In this document: positions 1 through 11,279 of the stretch, one piece after another
How positions within the stretch are numbered: position 1 is the first letter of the stretch
Layout: each line of letters opens with the position of its first letter
From: Antechinus flavipes
Lineage: Eukaryota
Direction: 5' to 3'
DNA: 64,000 bases
Assembly: GCF_016432865.1 (NCBI RefSeq)
Contig: NC_067403.1
Location: 203,670,001 to 203,734,000, forward strand
The notes under the pieces: model-generated
The model's database searches: none
Told to the model about the DNA's origin: nothing
What the model saw: only the letters and a program-made list of their open reading frames with translations
Program-made: the position numbers and the translations under genes

Positions 1-2322
1 GTGATATTCAAACCCAATTCTCCTGACTTCAAGTCTAATTTCTTCTCCACCACATCAAGTAACAAATGTTTGAATGAAAATCCTCTATCCAAAGCCTCTA
101 TTTGAGAAATGAGGAAATGTAATACCTGAAATGTGTACATAAAGACTTTTATCTAATTTACTTTATCTAATCACAATCTAACTGGTATTTACTGTTTGTA
201 GCAAGGTTTCAGGATGTATAACATAATCTGACTGATTAAAATTTTACTTACTAACATTGTAATATTGCTTTATGCATATAACTTACTTCCAGATCTTTGA
301 CATTATATGGTACTAGAAGGGACTAGAAACATGAAAACCCAGTTCAGGAATGAATCTTAGTCATTTAAATGGGTGAAGGAGGAGAGACAGACAGACAGAC
401 AGAGAAAGAGAGACAGAGATGGAGATATATTTAGGCTTCATGTAAAATAGAAATCAGTACAAAGTCTGGCATGGTGAGAGAATAAATATTCTCTTGAAAT
501 AAGCTACACATCAAAAATTATGCCTAAATATTTTCATAACAAAATTAAGAATAACATCAATAGTTATTGATGCCAGAAGATGATTTTGGACATCCAAGGA
601 ACTGTCTTGCATAGTAGTTCTGTATTTATGTTAAGTTTAGCAGCATTTGAATTACAATTCTTTAAATATCTTAATTCTAAATGTCATTGAAATGCTATTC
701 AAAATCCACTGGGAAAGGAGAAAATTAACAACCCAAAGATAAGTACTGTGAAAATTTTTCTAAATTTTCAGGACTCTTCATTTATTTTTGTTTGCTTTTA
801 TCTGGATTTTTTTTAAAAAGTGAAAAACAAGTTTGGATAATAACATAGTCAAGACAATATGATCTACCATGGAAAATCTAAAAAATCTTAAAAATCTGGA
901 AAATATCTAGAGAATGAAATTGAAGTTGTTCATCAATCAACAAGAATTATAAAGACTTACTATATGCCAGGTTCTATGCTTTAACTTGGAATATAATGAA
1001 AAACAAAAAACAGTTCCTGCCTTCCAGGAACTCACATTCTATTGGGAGAAACACCATGTAAATAACCAGATGCATACAAATTATAGACAGAGCAGATTAA
1101 CAGTAATAATAAAGAGGAAGCTACTCTTAGTTAGAGAGGGAACACTTCTTGCAGAACATGGGATTTGAGCTGACTCCTAAAAAAAGCTTAGTAAACTAAG
1201 TGGCAATGGTAGAGGGGCACAAAGCATTTCATGCATATGCGACAACCAGTGTAAAGACACAGAAGAAGAAGAGTCATGTTTGGAGAAAGACAAATTTTTC
1301 ATTGTAGCTAGTTTATACAATGCATGGATAGGAGGAATGCATAAGACTTGAAAGGAGAAAAGAGACCAGGTTGTGAAGATTTTTATTTTTTAAAAAACTA
1401 TTCTTTATTGATGTCTTTTATTTTAACATAACTTAAATTTGTTCTAGCATCTTTCCTTCCTCACTTCTCACAAAGTGGTATCCCAAAGAAAAAAGAATAA
1501 ATTTCTTTAGGTATATTTTGTCACTAAGGTGGTTTTTGATTTTTAGAAAGTCTCCACATAAGCCCAAAACACCACTTTTGGGGTAGGAAAGAATTAGCAA
1601 CAAAAAATAAAGCCAGTGATTGAGGAATGGCTAAACAAATTGTGGCACATGAACACAATAGAATACTACATTAAAGAGTGGTAATAACAAAGTCAAGAAA
1701 TCAATATATAAAATGACTACACAAAGTAATGGAAAGAACAGCACACACATAAATTAGGAGAAAATGAATGCTACAAGATTTTTAAAAACAATTATGGATC
1801 CAAAAAAGAGTAATGAGAAGGCACATCTACTCCTTTGCAGAGGTAGGATGGTCCATGTTTATGGAACATTACTTGTGTTTTCAGACTTATTCAATTAACA
1901 CAAAAATTCACATATTTAATACAATAAATGAAAATGTGCTTTTTCTAAAACCCATTTATTAGTATCACTTCATCATAACCTTTATATCAGTAGACTATTA
2001 GATTCTTACACACAGGGACTATTTAATTTCTGTCACTGTATCCCCAAGGCTAACACAGTGCCTAGGACATAGTATGTACTTAATAAATACCTGTATTGGC
2101 CGAGCAAAGGGCAGTGGTCAAGCTGAACTATCCCAACATTCCAAACAACTTGAAAAATAACACCTCAGAGAGAGGTGTTAACCAACCAAAGACAGGCATA
2201 ACTAATAATGTTCTGGAACGCCATGGTGGAGGCCTGTCTGGAGCCTACTCTTGCCACAGTGGCAACAGCAGCCACTTTCAGAGCTCTCTGGCTATAGACA
2301 TAAAGAGAATTAGTAAGTGCAT

Positions 2323-2603
2323 TGTAAGGGGCAGGTCAATTCTCCATGAGCCTCCACAGCTGTGAACATCTGAAAGGGGTGGCAAAGCAGCCTTTACTGA
2401 CACAGGTGTTGCTTGTGGAATGGGAAAATAAATCGGAGGCAGAGAGAAGAAGAGGGAGATCAGACAACGCAAAGGCCTCTCAGTGGGGAGGTCAGAGAAC
2501 AGCAACTGCCTCTCAGTCTCCTTGAATCACCATCATCCTCTCACAAGAAGAGAAGAAAAGGTCTACAAGAGGTAAAACAAAGTTACGTATTGTGTTCCCA
2601 ACA
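2323..2603 (-). mobile_element. Putative solo ERV LTR nested in the L1-derived element
   Basis: TG...CA termini (tgtaagggg...cccaaca). Absent from the paralogous position in copy B (about 14020). No clean TSD seen; orientation tentative. Confidence 0.6.
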
Positions 2604-3125
2604 GGACAACTGGTAATATTTGGCATTAACTGGAAACTATTTTTCCCCTATGCAGTTCTGAGTTGTTCCAGGATGGAGAAAAGTCCTCGTTGTGGTTCAC
2701 AAGAGAGCAGGGATCTTGGACACAGTTTTTATGTATTCACGGTTGCAGGGGATCAGGGGCACCAACCAGGAGAGCAGTGATCACACCTTTTTCAGGTTCA
2801 CATTATTTTGGAAGTACCAAAAACACAGACTTCCAAAACTTGCTCTGAAAAGGGCAGCACAAATAATCCTCTAGTTTTAGACAATGCCTCCCATTCCCCA
2901 GGTAAGCAGAGGACAACATTATCGTAGAATTTTAAGTGAAGAAATAGACTGAGAAAATAAGCAAACAAGAACAACAACAAAATAATTTGACCATAAAAGG
3001 CTGCTGAAGTGTCAGGGATGATAAAAAGACAATATTAGGAGTCAATAATGTCAAACCAGCTATAAAGTCTCATAGAAAACTGCTAACTGTATCCAAATTC
3101 AACAAGAATACTTAGAAGAGTTAAA

Positions 3126-3200
3126 ATATATATATATGATATATATATATATTTTATATATATATATAAATATATATAAAAATATATATATATATATATT
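3126..3200. repeat. (TA)n microsatellite
   Basis: Interrupted atatat run. Confidence 0.9.
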
Positions 3201-3547
3201 TTGGTAAAAAAAAAAAACACAAAAAAATGCTGAAGAAAATAACATCTTTAAAAAATGAATTTGCCACATGGTGAGAGATTCAAAAATCTACTACAGGTAA
3301 GAAGTCTTTTTAAACTAGAATTGGTAAAATAGGAAAAATATATAAAACTGTACTGAAGAAAGAAACTCTTTAAAAGGCAGGTTTTGTGTTTAGAACAATG
3401 TTTAGAAGCAGAATGAAGTTTTGAAGAGGTAGAGGGAGAACAAACAGGAAAAAATTAAATAAATGGAATTATGCTATTAAACTGTGGATGCAAATGAGAT
3501 GAGCTCAGCCATTTGGATAGCAGAATGAATTAAAAACTGGAATCCAA

Positions 3548-3550
<3 letters not shown>

Positions 3551-3576
<26 letters not shown>
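3551..3576. repeat. (CA)n microsatellite
   Basis: cacacaca run. Confidence 0.9.
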
Positions 3577-3578
<2 letters not shown>

Positions 3579-4738
3579 TTACACAAGAGACTTGAAATAG
3601 AAAGATTCATATTGAGTTAAAATAAAGGACTGGAGTATAATCTAATATGCTACATCTGATGTAAAAAAAAGGCAGGGATAGTAATCAAGATCACAGACAA
3701 AACAAAAGCAAAAATAGACAATTAAAAGATTATTAGGGAAATTACATTGTACTAAAAAGCATACATAGAAATGTAAGATCAAAAACTTTTACATCAAGTT
3801 TCTTTAATAAGACCTCATTTCTCAATATACTGAGTATAGACGAGTCAAATTTATATTTAAAAAAATAAGAGCCATTCCTTGATTGACAAATGGTCATAGA
3901 GCAGTTTTCAGAAGAAGAAATCAAAGCTGTCTTTAGACATGTGAAGAAATGCTCTAAATCACTTTTGATTAGAAAAATGCTAATTAAAACAACTCTGAGA
4001 AACAACCTCACACCTATCAGAAATAATTAGAGGGGATGATGGAAAAATAGGTATACTGATGAACTGTTGGTGGAATTCTGGAGAGGAATTTGGAACTATG
4101 TTCTCAGGGCTATAAAACTGCATATCCTTTGACTCAGTTATACTAGTACTAATCTGTATTCAAAAGAGATGAAAGGAAAAAGAATAAGGGCCTATATGTA
4201 CAAAAATATTTATAGAATTCTTTTCATGGTACCAAAGAATTGGTAATAAAGATGATGCTCATCAATTGGGAAATGATTGACCAAATTGTGGCATATGATT
4301 GTGATGGAGTACTATTGTGCTTTGGGAAATAAGGGGGAAAAATTTGAGAATTGTATATTTATATTAAAGTGAATTAAAGTGAACTGACAGATCATTGTGC
4401 ACAGTAGCAATAATGTTGTATTAATGACTGACTGCCAAAGATGGGGCTATTCTGATCAGGACAACGATCTAAGACAATTTCAAAGAATTCGTGGAGTAAA
4501 AGTAGAAACTGATGACTCCTTAGTGCAAATTAAAGTATAATTCTTGAATTTTATTTTTCTTGCTTTTTTTTGAAATATAACTAATATGGAAATATGTTTT
4601 GCATGATTTCAACTGTATAATTGATATCATATTGCTTACCTTCTTAGTGGTTTTGAGAGAGTGGGAGACACAGAGACTTTGAAACTCAAAATTGTAAAAT
4701 AAAAGAATGTTTAAAATAAATGGTAAAAATACCTGTAT

Positions 4739-5686
4739 TCAGCTGAATTCATGAAAAAAATCTTTCCTACTCATCAGTTTTCTTAGGGCTCCTTTTACTT
4801 CATTGTTCCTTAAACTGTAGATTAGGGGGTTCAACATGGGGATCATTACACTGTAGAAAACAGAAATCACTTTATTTTCATCTGATGAATAGCTAGACTT
4901 GGGCATTGCATAAATTAAAGTAAGGGTTCCATAATACAGAGTGACTGCTGTGAGATGGGAAGTACAAGTTGAGAAAGCTTTGGATCTCCCCTCAGTAGAG
5001 TTTATCTTCAAGACAGAAAAGAGGATGTATACATAAGAAATCATGATAATGAATACTGTGCTCATAAGTACTAATGCAGCAGAGGCAGGAGGAAGAATTT
5101 CAGCAAGATTATCTTCAGAGAAGGAAAGTTTCAAAAGTGGTGAATAATCACAAAAAAAGTGATTGATTTTATTGTCTCCACAGAAAGACCGATTCAATAA
5201 GCAACCAATAAAGAACCAAGCATTCACAGAGCCACCCACATAGGACGTGATGAGTAATAGAGTACAGACCTTAGAAGTCATGTTAATGGAGTAGAGTAGG
5301 GGATTACAGATGGCCATATACCGATCATAGGCCATCGCAGCCAGTAGGAAGCATTCAGCTGTCCCAAAGGTGGCTCCCCAGCACAATTGGGTCAAACACC
5401 CTGGCAGAGAGATTAAGGTTATGTCCTTGAGGTAATTCATGAGCATGAGAGGTGTGATAGATGAGGAAATTTCAATATCCACAAAAGCCAAGTGACTGAG
5501 GAAAAGGTACATTGGAGTATGAAGTTGGGAGCTAATTCTGATCAATATAATTAAGGTAAGGTTACCAACTAATGTGACTGTATAGACACCCAGGAATATC
5601 AGAAAGAGAATGATACGAAGGGTTGGATCATCTGTTAACCCCAAAAGAATGAATTCAGTCACAGCAGTGCAGTTATTGCCAGACAT
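4739..5686 (-). CDS. Olfactory receptor (class II, OR5P-like), copy 1 (OR-1), 315 aa
   Basis: Intact 7TM ORF with OR motifs GN (TM1), [35 protein letters not shown] and [12 protein letters not shown], plus an N-terminal NCT sequon. Resembles human OR5P2/OR5P3 (e.g. [30 protein letters not shown]). C-terminus is extended by a 1-nt frameshift. Confidence 0.96.
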   Translation of the reverse strand: MSGNNCTAVTEFILLGLTDDPTLRIILFLIFLGVYTVTLVGNLTLIILIRISSQLHTPMYLFLSHLAFVDIEISSSITPLMLMNYLKDITLISLPGCLTQLCWGATFGTAECFLLAAMAYDRYMAICNPLLYSINMTSKVCTLLLITSYVGGSVNAWFFIGCLLNRSFCGDNKINHFFCDYSPLLKLSFSEDNLAEILPPASAALVLMSTVFIIMISYVYILFSVLKINSTEGRSKAFSTCTSHLTAVTLYYGTLTLIYAMPKSSYSSDENKVISVFYSVMIPMLNPLIYSLRNNEVKGALRKLMSRKDFFHEFS

Positions 5687-5704
5687 CTGTCTTGGAAAGA
5701 GTGC

Positions 5705-5745
5705 CTATTAGACAGAAGAGAAGGAGATTAAAATAGAATACAGGA
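5705..5745 (-). promoter_or_regulatory. Putative 3' splice acceptor of the OR coding exon, conserved in all six copies
   Basis: Minus strand reads ttttaatctccttctcttctgtctaatAG|gcactc, 18 nt upstream of the ATG. Equivalent AG at 18555-6, 24995-6, 33852-3, 46882-3 and 58832-3. OR genes typically have 5' non-coding exons spliced just upstream of the ATG. Confidence 0.7.
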
Positions 5746-8700
5746 CTAAGATTTGAATATGTTATTGATGCATTCAGGAAAATGGCTCTTCCTACATGCC
5801 CAGAATACAACCTTACTCCTTTACTTTGCTCCTATGCACCACAGCATGTGGTGGAGATTAATAAATTTGTTGCCTCCAAATTCTTCTCTGTGGACTAACA
5901 ATACTGTATTATTTTCCAATTTCGTCATCTTGACAGTGTGGAAAAAAAATCTAAGAATGAAGAGAATAGTTGAATTTCAGCTACAGAAATCCTTAAAACA
6001 TGCAGAGATTACATCCAAATATGCTGTTCTCCCAACTAGCAACCGCTGTTAATTCCTTCCATAGAAAAGGACTGTGCTTTGTGATCCCTGACTTCTTGAA
6101 AGACTACCTTCCACAACTGAAGCTGTTATCCACCTCATTTTAAATGACTATGAGAAAAGCCCTTGTTTCTGAGAAGACCCTTGTGCTTTAAAATCACAAA
6201 TGAGGAGGAATAGAGAAATCCGAATTTTGTCTTATTTTATTTTCCTCTTAGAACTTTGCATTACTGAAAAGGGCTACCATTTTGCTAGATATTGCTAGCC
6301 TGAAGGACTATGGGATGTTTCCTATGTTGCTAGGCATAAAAAAATAAATATTTGCTCAATCTCTTGTAACCATATCTCATTTACATGTTGCTTCTTTCTA
6401 TTGGAGATTAGTTGAGCCAAATGAAATAGTAAAGAAGTGACAATTTATTTTGTTGTAAGAAATGATGATTATGATTTTTTTTGGAAAATATGGAAACATT
6501 TTTATTAACTGATACAGAGTAAACTTAGTAGAACTAAAAGAACAATCGATATAACAATTACAAAAACCATGAGAGAGAAACCATTTTGAAAGACCTCACA
6601 ATTTGGATGAAAATAATGACAAATCATGTCTTCAGAAGGCTGATGAGGAAATATTACCTGCCACTTCTTGGAAGAGAGGTGATGGTCTAGAAGTACAGAA
6701 TAAGGCACTGCATTCTCAGACTTGGCCAAGCCATTGACGTATCTTATTTGACTACAAAGACCATACATAAGGTTCCACTATGAATCAAGCAAGACAGCTA
6801 AGTGAATAGAGAGAAACATGAGTGAGGGGAAGGAAAAGCAACAAAAGATTTTCAAAATGCATAAGAGAAAAAGGGGAGTACAAATTTATTATATATATAT
6901 ATATATGATTATGTGGGTGTACCTATATATATGAGATATTTCTTTTAAAGACCTACCTATCTTGAAATGTTGATATTTGTTGGTTCTTGGTTAGCTCCAA
7001 AGAATATAATTATCTTAAATGTTATTTTTCCTAGAATGTTCTTACTGCTTTCAATTTTAATCTCATTTTCCTTGTTTTTTCTAAATTCAGCAAGAAAGTA
7101 TATACAATATTGAGATACTCTTCAGGTGAGAACCCAAGAAGAACCTGAGTATAAGTGCTCACTTATGATTCTATGGTCCAACTATTACTTTGTGATCACA
7201 AGAAAAAAGGATGTCTTAACTAAACAAAAATTTGTGGAGTACTGAGTGAATATTTCAACAGCTTATATTTTATTCCAATCAAAATATTCTCCACAAAATT
7301 ACCAGTAATTTTTAAATTTCTAAATGATAGTATTTTTGTAATCTTCATTTAAATTCATTACAATGAACAATTGTTTCAGACGTTGTGTTAGCATTAGCAT
7401 CTAGAAAAATGTTTGAATAATAGTAGATGTTTATTAAAACTTGTCAGTTGGTTGATTCTTGACCTCTTTGCAGCATGGGTCGTGGTAGACCACTTACTCT
7501 TTATGGATACTTTCTCCTCATGAGTTTCCTGACACTGGTTCTCCTGGTAATAGTATTCTTCCTTATCTAATCTTTCTTTATCAGCCTGATTTGCCAGATT
7601 ATGACCCTGGTGCAGTCTCCTAACCATACATGTTCCTTCGGGATCTGTTTTAGGTTCTCTCTTTTTCTTTATCTTCTCAATCAGCTCCTTAGGTTCAACT
7701 ACCTTCTCTTATCCCTAATCCTAGATCTAAAACTACTTATTTCCCTAATTTCTTATTTCTGTTCAGGGACCATCATCCCTTAGGTACTCTGCTTTGTCAT
7801 CCTAGAATTAATCTGCACTCTTTTCTCTGTCTTCTCTTTCCCATGCAATCAACTGCCAAATCCTGCTGCTTCTACATGTATAATTTGTTACTTTCCCTTT
7901 CATGTCCAGTCACACAGTAACCTTCTTAACTAAGCTTTGCATTTTATATCACTCAAACCATTGTAAAAATCCTCTTTATTAAATGAAAACCTATAAAAAC
8001 GATCTTAAAGCATATGACTGACCATGTCATTTGAATCCTGAAGCCTTGATCAAATTCCTTATTGCTTTGAGCATAAAATTACATTTTTTCAGTTTGATAT
8101 TTAGAATCCTGAACAGTCTGTATCCAGTCTCCCTCTAGATATGTACTTTTTATTCCAGTTGAGAATCAGAAGTCTATCCCCATCTCTGTCACTTTGCTCG
8201 GGCCATTCTCCATGCTCAAAATGCCCTTTCTCAAATCTGCTTCTTAGAATGTCAGTTATCATTTGTTGCTCAGCTAATTTTGCTCACTACTTGGAGGAAG
8301 CCGAGTTTCTTCAACTCTGCAGTTCTTCTTCAACTTACCTTGTCTTTTCTTATTTGTTTAAGTATTATATGCTTTCTTCTTCAGTTAAATATGAGCTCCC
8401 TGAGATTAAGGAAGATTTTGCATATTATTTTTTCTATCTTTCATTCCTAGGACAGTACCCTGTCTATATGTCAAAACATTAGTTGAATGGAAGGCAACAA
8501 CTTGTGAAAATCTTAAGTCTCACTTATATTCATAACATAACCACAATAATTAGAATAACTTAACATCACAATTTAATTTTCATAAACTTCTTTCCTCCTA
8601 TACTTTTTTTGAGCAAATATTATCTCATTGTACAGCTGAGATACCTGAGGATTACAGTTGGTTAGTCCCTTACTCAGTCATAGCCAGTAAGACTGAGATA

Positions 8701-9182
8701 TAAAAATCAAACTGAGCTATCCTGACTTCAAGTCTAATTTATTGTCCATTATTATCAGGTAATATATTTGTCAGTGAAATTCCCTGTCAAAGCCTCTAGT
8801 TGAGAAGCATACATACACACACACACATGCGTGTGTAAATACGAAATGAAATAAATGCACCTGTGTATGCACAATGATCTTTACTCAAGGTTTTCTTACC
8901 CAATTATGTTCTATCAGGTACTTACTGTTGCAGGGATACATGATTTGTGATAGGTCAGAACTTACTCACTAATAGAATATAGTAATGCTCCAGGCATCTA
9001 GCACACTTCCATATATTTGACTTTATATGGCACTATAAGGAAGCATAAATATGAAGGCTCTAATCAGGAATGAAAGAGATGGAGAAGAAGAGAAAGAGTA
9101 GAGGGAACCCAAGGGAGAGACAGAGATAGACTAAAGCCCTATGTAAAAATGAAATCAATGTAAAGTCTGATGTGACAAGAGG

Positions 9183-9312
9183 AGAGACAGCTAGATGATA
9201 CAGTGCATACAATACCACACTTGAAGTCAGAGGAAGTCCCGAGTTCAAATCTGGCCTTAGACACTTAACACTTCCCTGGGCAAGTGATTTAACCCTAATT
9301 GGCTTCCCCTAA
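9183..9312 (+). mobile_element. CORE-SINE (WSINE/Mar1-like)
   Basis: tRNA-derived head (cagctagatg...gagttcaaatctggcc) and core (ttagacacttaac...ctgggcaagtgatttaacc). Paralogous copy at about 19821-19945. Confidence 0.75.
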
Positions 9313-9594
9313 AAAAGATTTCCATGATATAACAAGAGAAATAAATAAATTTCTATGAAATGAATTACAAATGAAAATAAATGAAATTCAAAATGAAAAA
9401 ATCCATATGTATTTTTTATAATGAAATGAAGAATAACAGAGATACCTATTGATGCAATTTGATGATAACTTTACACTCCAAGGAATTATCTTTGTATGGC
9501 AGCACTGTATTTATGTGGAATTTTGTAGCATTTGGGATATAACCTCTTGAGCATCTCAATAGCCAATGTAATTATCATTAATATTTCACATTAA

Positions 9595-9630
9595 AATGTA
9601 AAATCCACTGGGATAGGGAAAATTACCAAT
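9595..9630. promoter_or_regulatory. Candidate OR promoter motif pair (O/E-like site plus homeodomain core)
   Basis: TCCACTGGGA (one mismatch to EBF/Olf-1 TCCCNNGGGA) followed within about 10 bp by aaaattac (TAAT core on the minus strand). Recurs at 705, 20229, 29027, about 37731 and 51506. Confidence 0.35.
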
Positions 9631-10611
9631 ACAGAAATAAATTGTCTGGGAAGTTTTCTAAATTCTCAGGAGTCTTCATTTATTTTTCTTTATGTTTCAT
9701 CTATCATTTTAAAAACCGAAAAACAAATTGGATAGCAACATAGCCAAATTTGTATGATCTGCCATAGAAGTTCTCAACAATTCTTTTTTTATTATTATTA
9801 TTCTCAACAATTCTTTGGGTATTACCACATGGCAATTTTAGTTGTGACAATGTGGAATGGGTTTGAAAAGTGTCATTACCTTATCAAATTCATTTTGGCC
9901 AGACTTTAATCCACACTGATTAAAGACAATTTATCAAACTAGTAAAAACTGCATATTCTAGAATAGAGGTATTCACAGTGAGGGCAATTATCCATTTGTA
10001 AAAGTAGTGTCCATGGTCTTTTCAAAGCTGCTGATAACATTTCCCTGGAATATAAGAGCACTTATGACATATGACATGGAGATTTTTCTAAAGAACAGTT
10101 GACATATATTGAGTCAATTGAGGGTCAGAAGATAAGGATCATAGACTCCCTGGTCATGAAAAGGAACATGAGGTTGTATGTCATGATAAGATGATTTAGT
10201 CTTGTCCCTTATGTCTTTGAAACAGAGAAATTTGAAAGGGTTTCCTCACAAAGATCCTAAGGCTTATTAGCCTATTGTGTCACAAAATGTGATACAACAA
10301 ATTGGAGCTTGGATAATCAATTGCCTTAAATCTCACATTTATATTTGTATTTTGCTTTTAGTATTTTAAATAGAATTTCACTTGAATGACTTTTGTGGAG
10401 AAAGCATCAAATCATGGAAGGAAAAGTTGGAGAATCCAATGGATAGAGCCCATTCTTGAGACAGGCAAATTATGACATATAAAATATACAAACCCAGTGC
10501 CAGGAAACCAGGAAGGCACTTGGGTAATGTAAAGATTGGGAAAGTCTAGGAGATAGGAATACAATCTGCACATTTTTAGAGAAAGTAAGGTAAATTCTCA
10601 GGGATATATCT

Positions 10612-10949
10612 TGTAATGGGCTGAAGCTCTTGAGTCATTGCACTGAAGTCCCGAGCACTTGAGGCTAATTAGCAATTGAACAATACTCTATTAATATATG
10701 CTTGGAGAAAGAATGGCCCCGCCCCACTCTCTGTGCAAGTTTGATGTGTTTTATAGGAGATTGCATAGAGGATTTGGCAGGGTGGAGTGTGAGAACTAGA
10801 GGCACTGGTGGCCGGATTCCCATCGCAATTGTTCTCACTTCATATTGCCATTCCCCTTCACCTCCGCAAAGAATAAAGATCAAGGATTTTCCCTTATTCT
10901 GACTCCGGCTGATTTTAATATACTCTGGGTGCTAAACACGGTCATCACA
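10612..10949 (+). mobile_element. Solo ERV LTR (338 bp)
   Basis: TGTAATG...CATCACA termini, perfect 6-bp TSD ATATCT (10606-10611 and 10950-10955), GC box (ggccccgcccc) and AATAAA at 10872. Empty site with a single ATATCT in copy B at about 21193. Confidence 0.88.
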
Positions 10950-11279
10950 ATATCTTTTTAGAGTCTTTAACACATTTTTGTTTGAGCGATGTAGTGCATC
11001 TAAAATTTAGATTACCACCTCGTGACTTGCTTAGATATACTATCCAAAGGGGCCATTCTAGGGTTATATGAAACTCTTCTTTAAACTGAGCAATGATATC
11101 ATGGGTCTTTGAACTTTTTATTTTCTTACTCTTGAACCCGATTTGGCAACTTATTTTCCATTCTTCTCACCTAAGCTCACTTTTACGCAAAATAGACTGT
11201 CTTTAAATTAGATGGCCTTTCCAAGTTATTTATACTATTTCTCTGTGCCTCATTGTTTGTAAAAGATACATTTATATTT

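Larger units (their letters stand above)
2098..4726 (+). mobile_element. L1-derived, ORF2-deleted (HAL1-like) retroelement at the OR-1 stop codon
   Basis: Perfect 13-bp TSD AAATACCTGTATT (2085-2097 and 4727-4739). Contains a 5'UTR-like GC-richer part, ORF1 remnant, an ORF2 EN piece joined to the ORF2 C-terminal piece (about 3750-3800), an L1 3'UTR and an A-rich end. Confidence 0.8.

Noticed and set aside
2096-2980. Cluster of short overlapping ORFs
   Set aside because: Lies in the GC-richer L1 5'UTR and nested LTR, where stop codons are rarer; not conserved in copy B.
8885-8930. Minus-strand GTAAGA donor as the 5' non-coding exon boundary
   Set aside because: Present in only three cassettes (about 8897, 19530, 50905) and degenerate in the others; cannot be supported without cDNA.
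9183-9312. tRNA-like A/B box sequence
   Set aside because: Head of a CORE-SINE, not a tRNA gene; no cloverleaf and continues into the SINE core.
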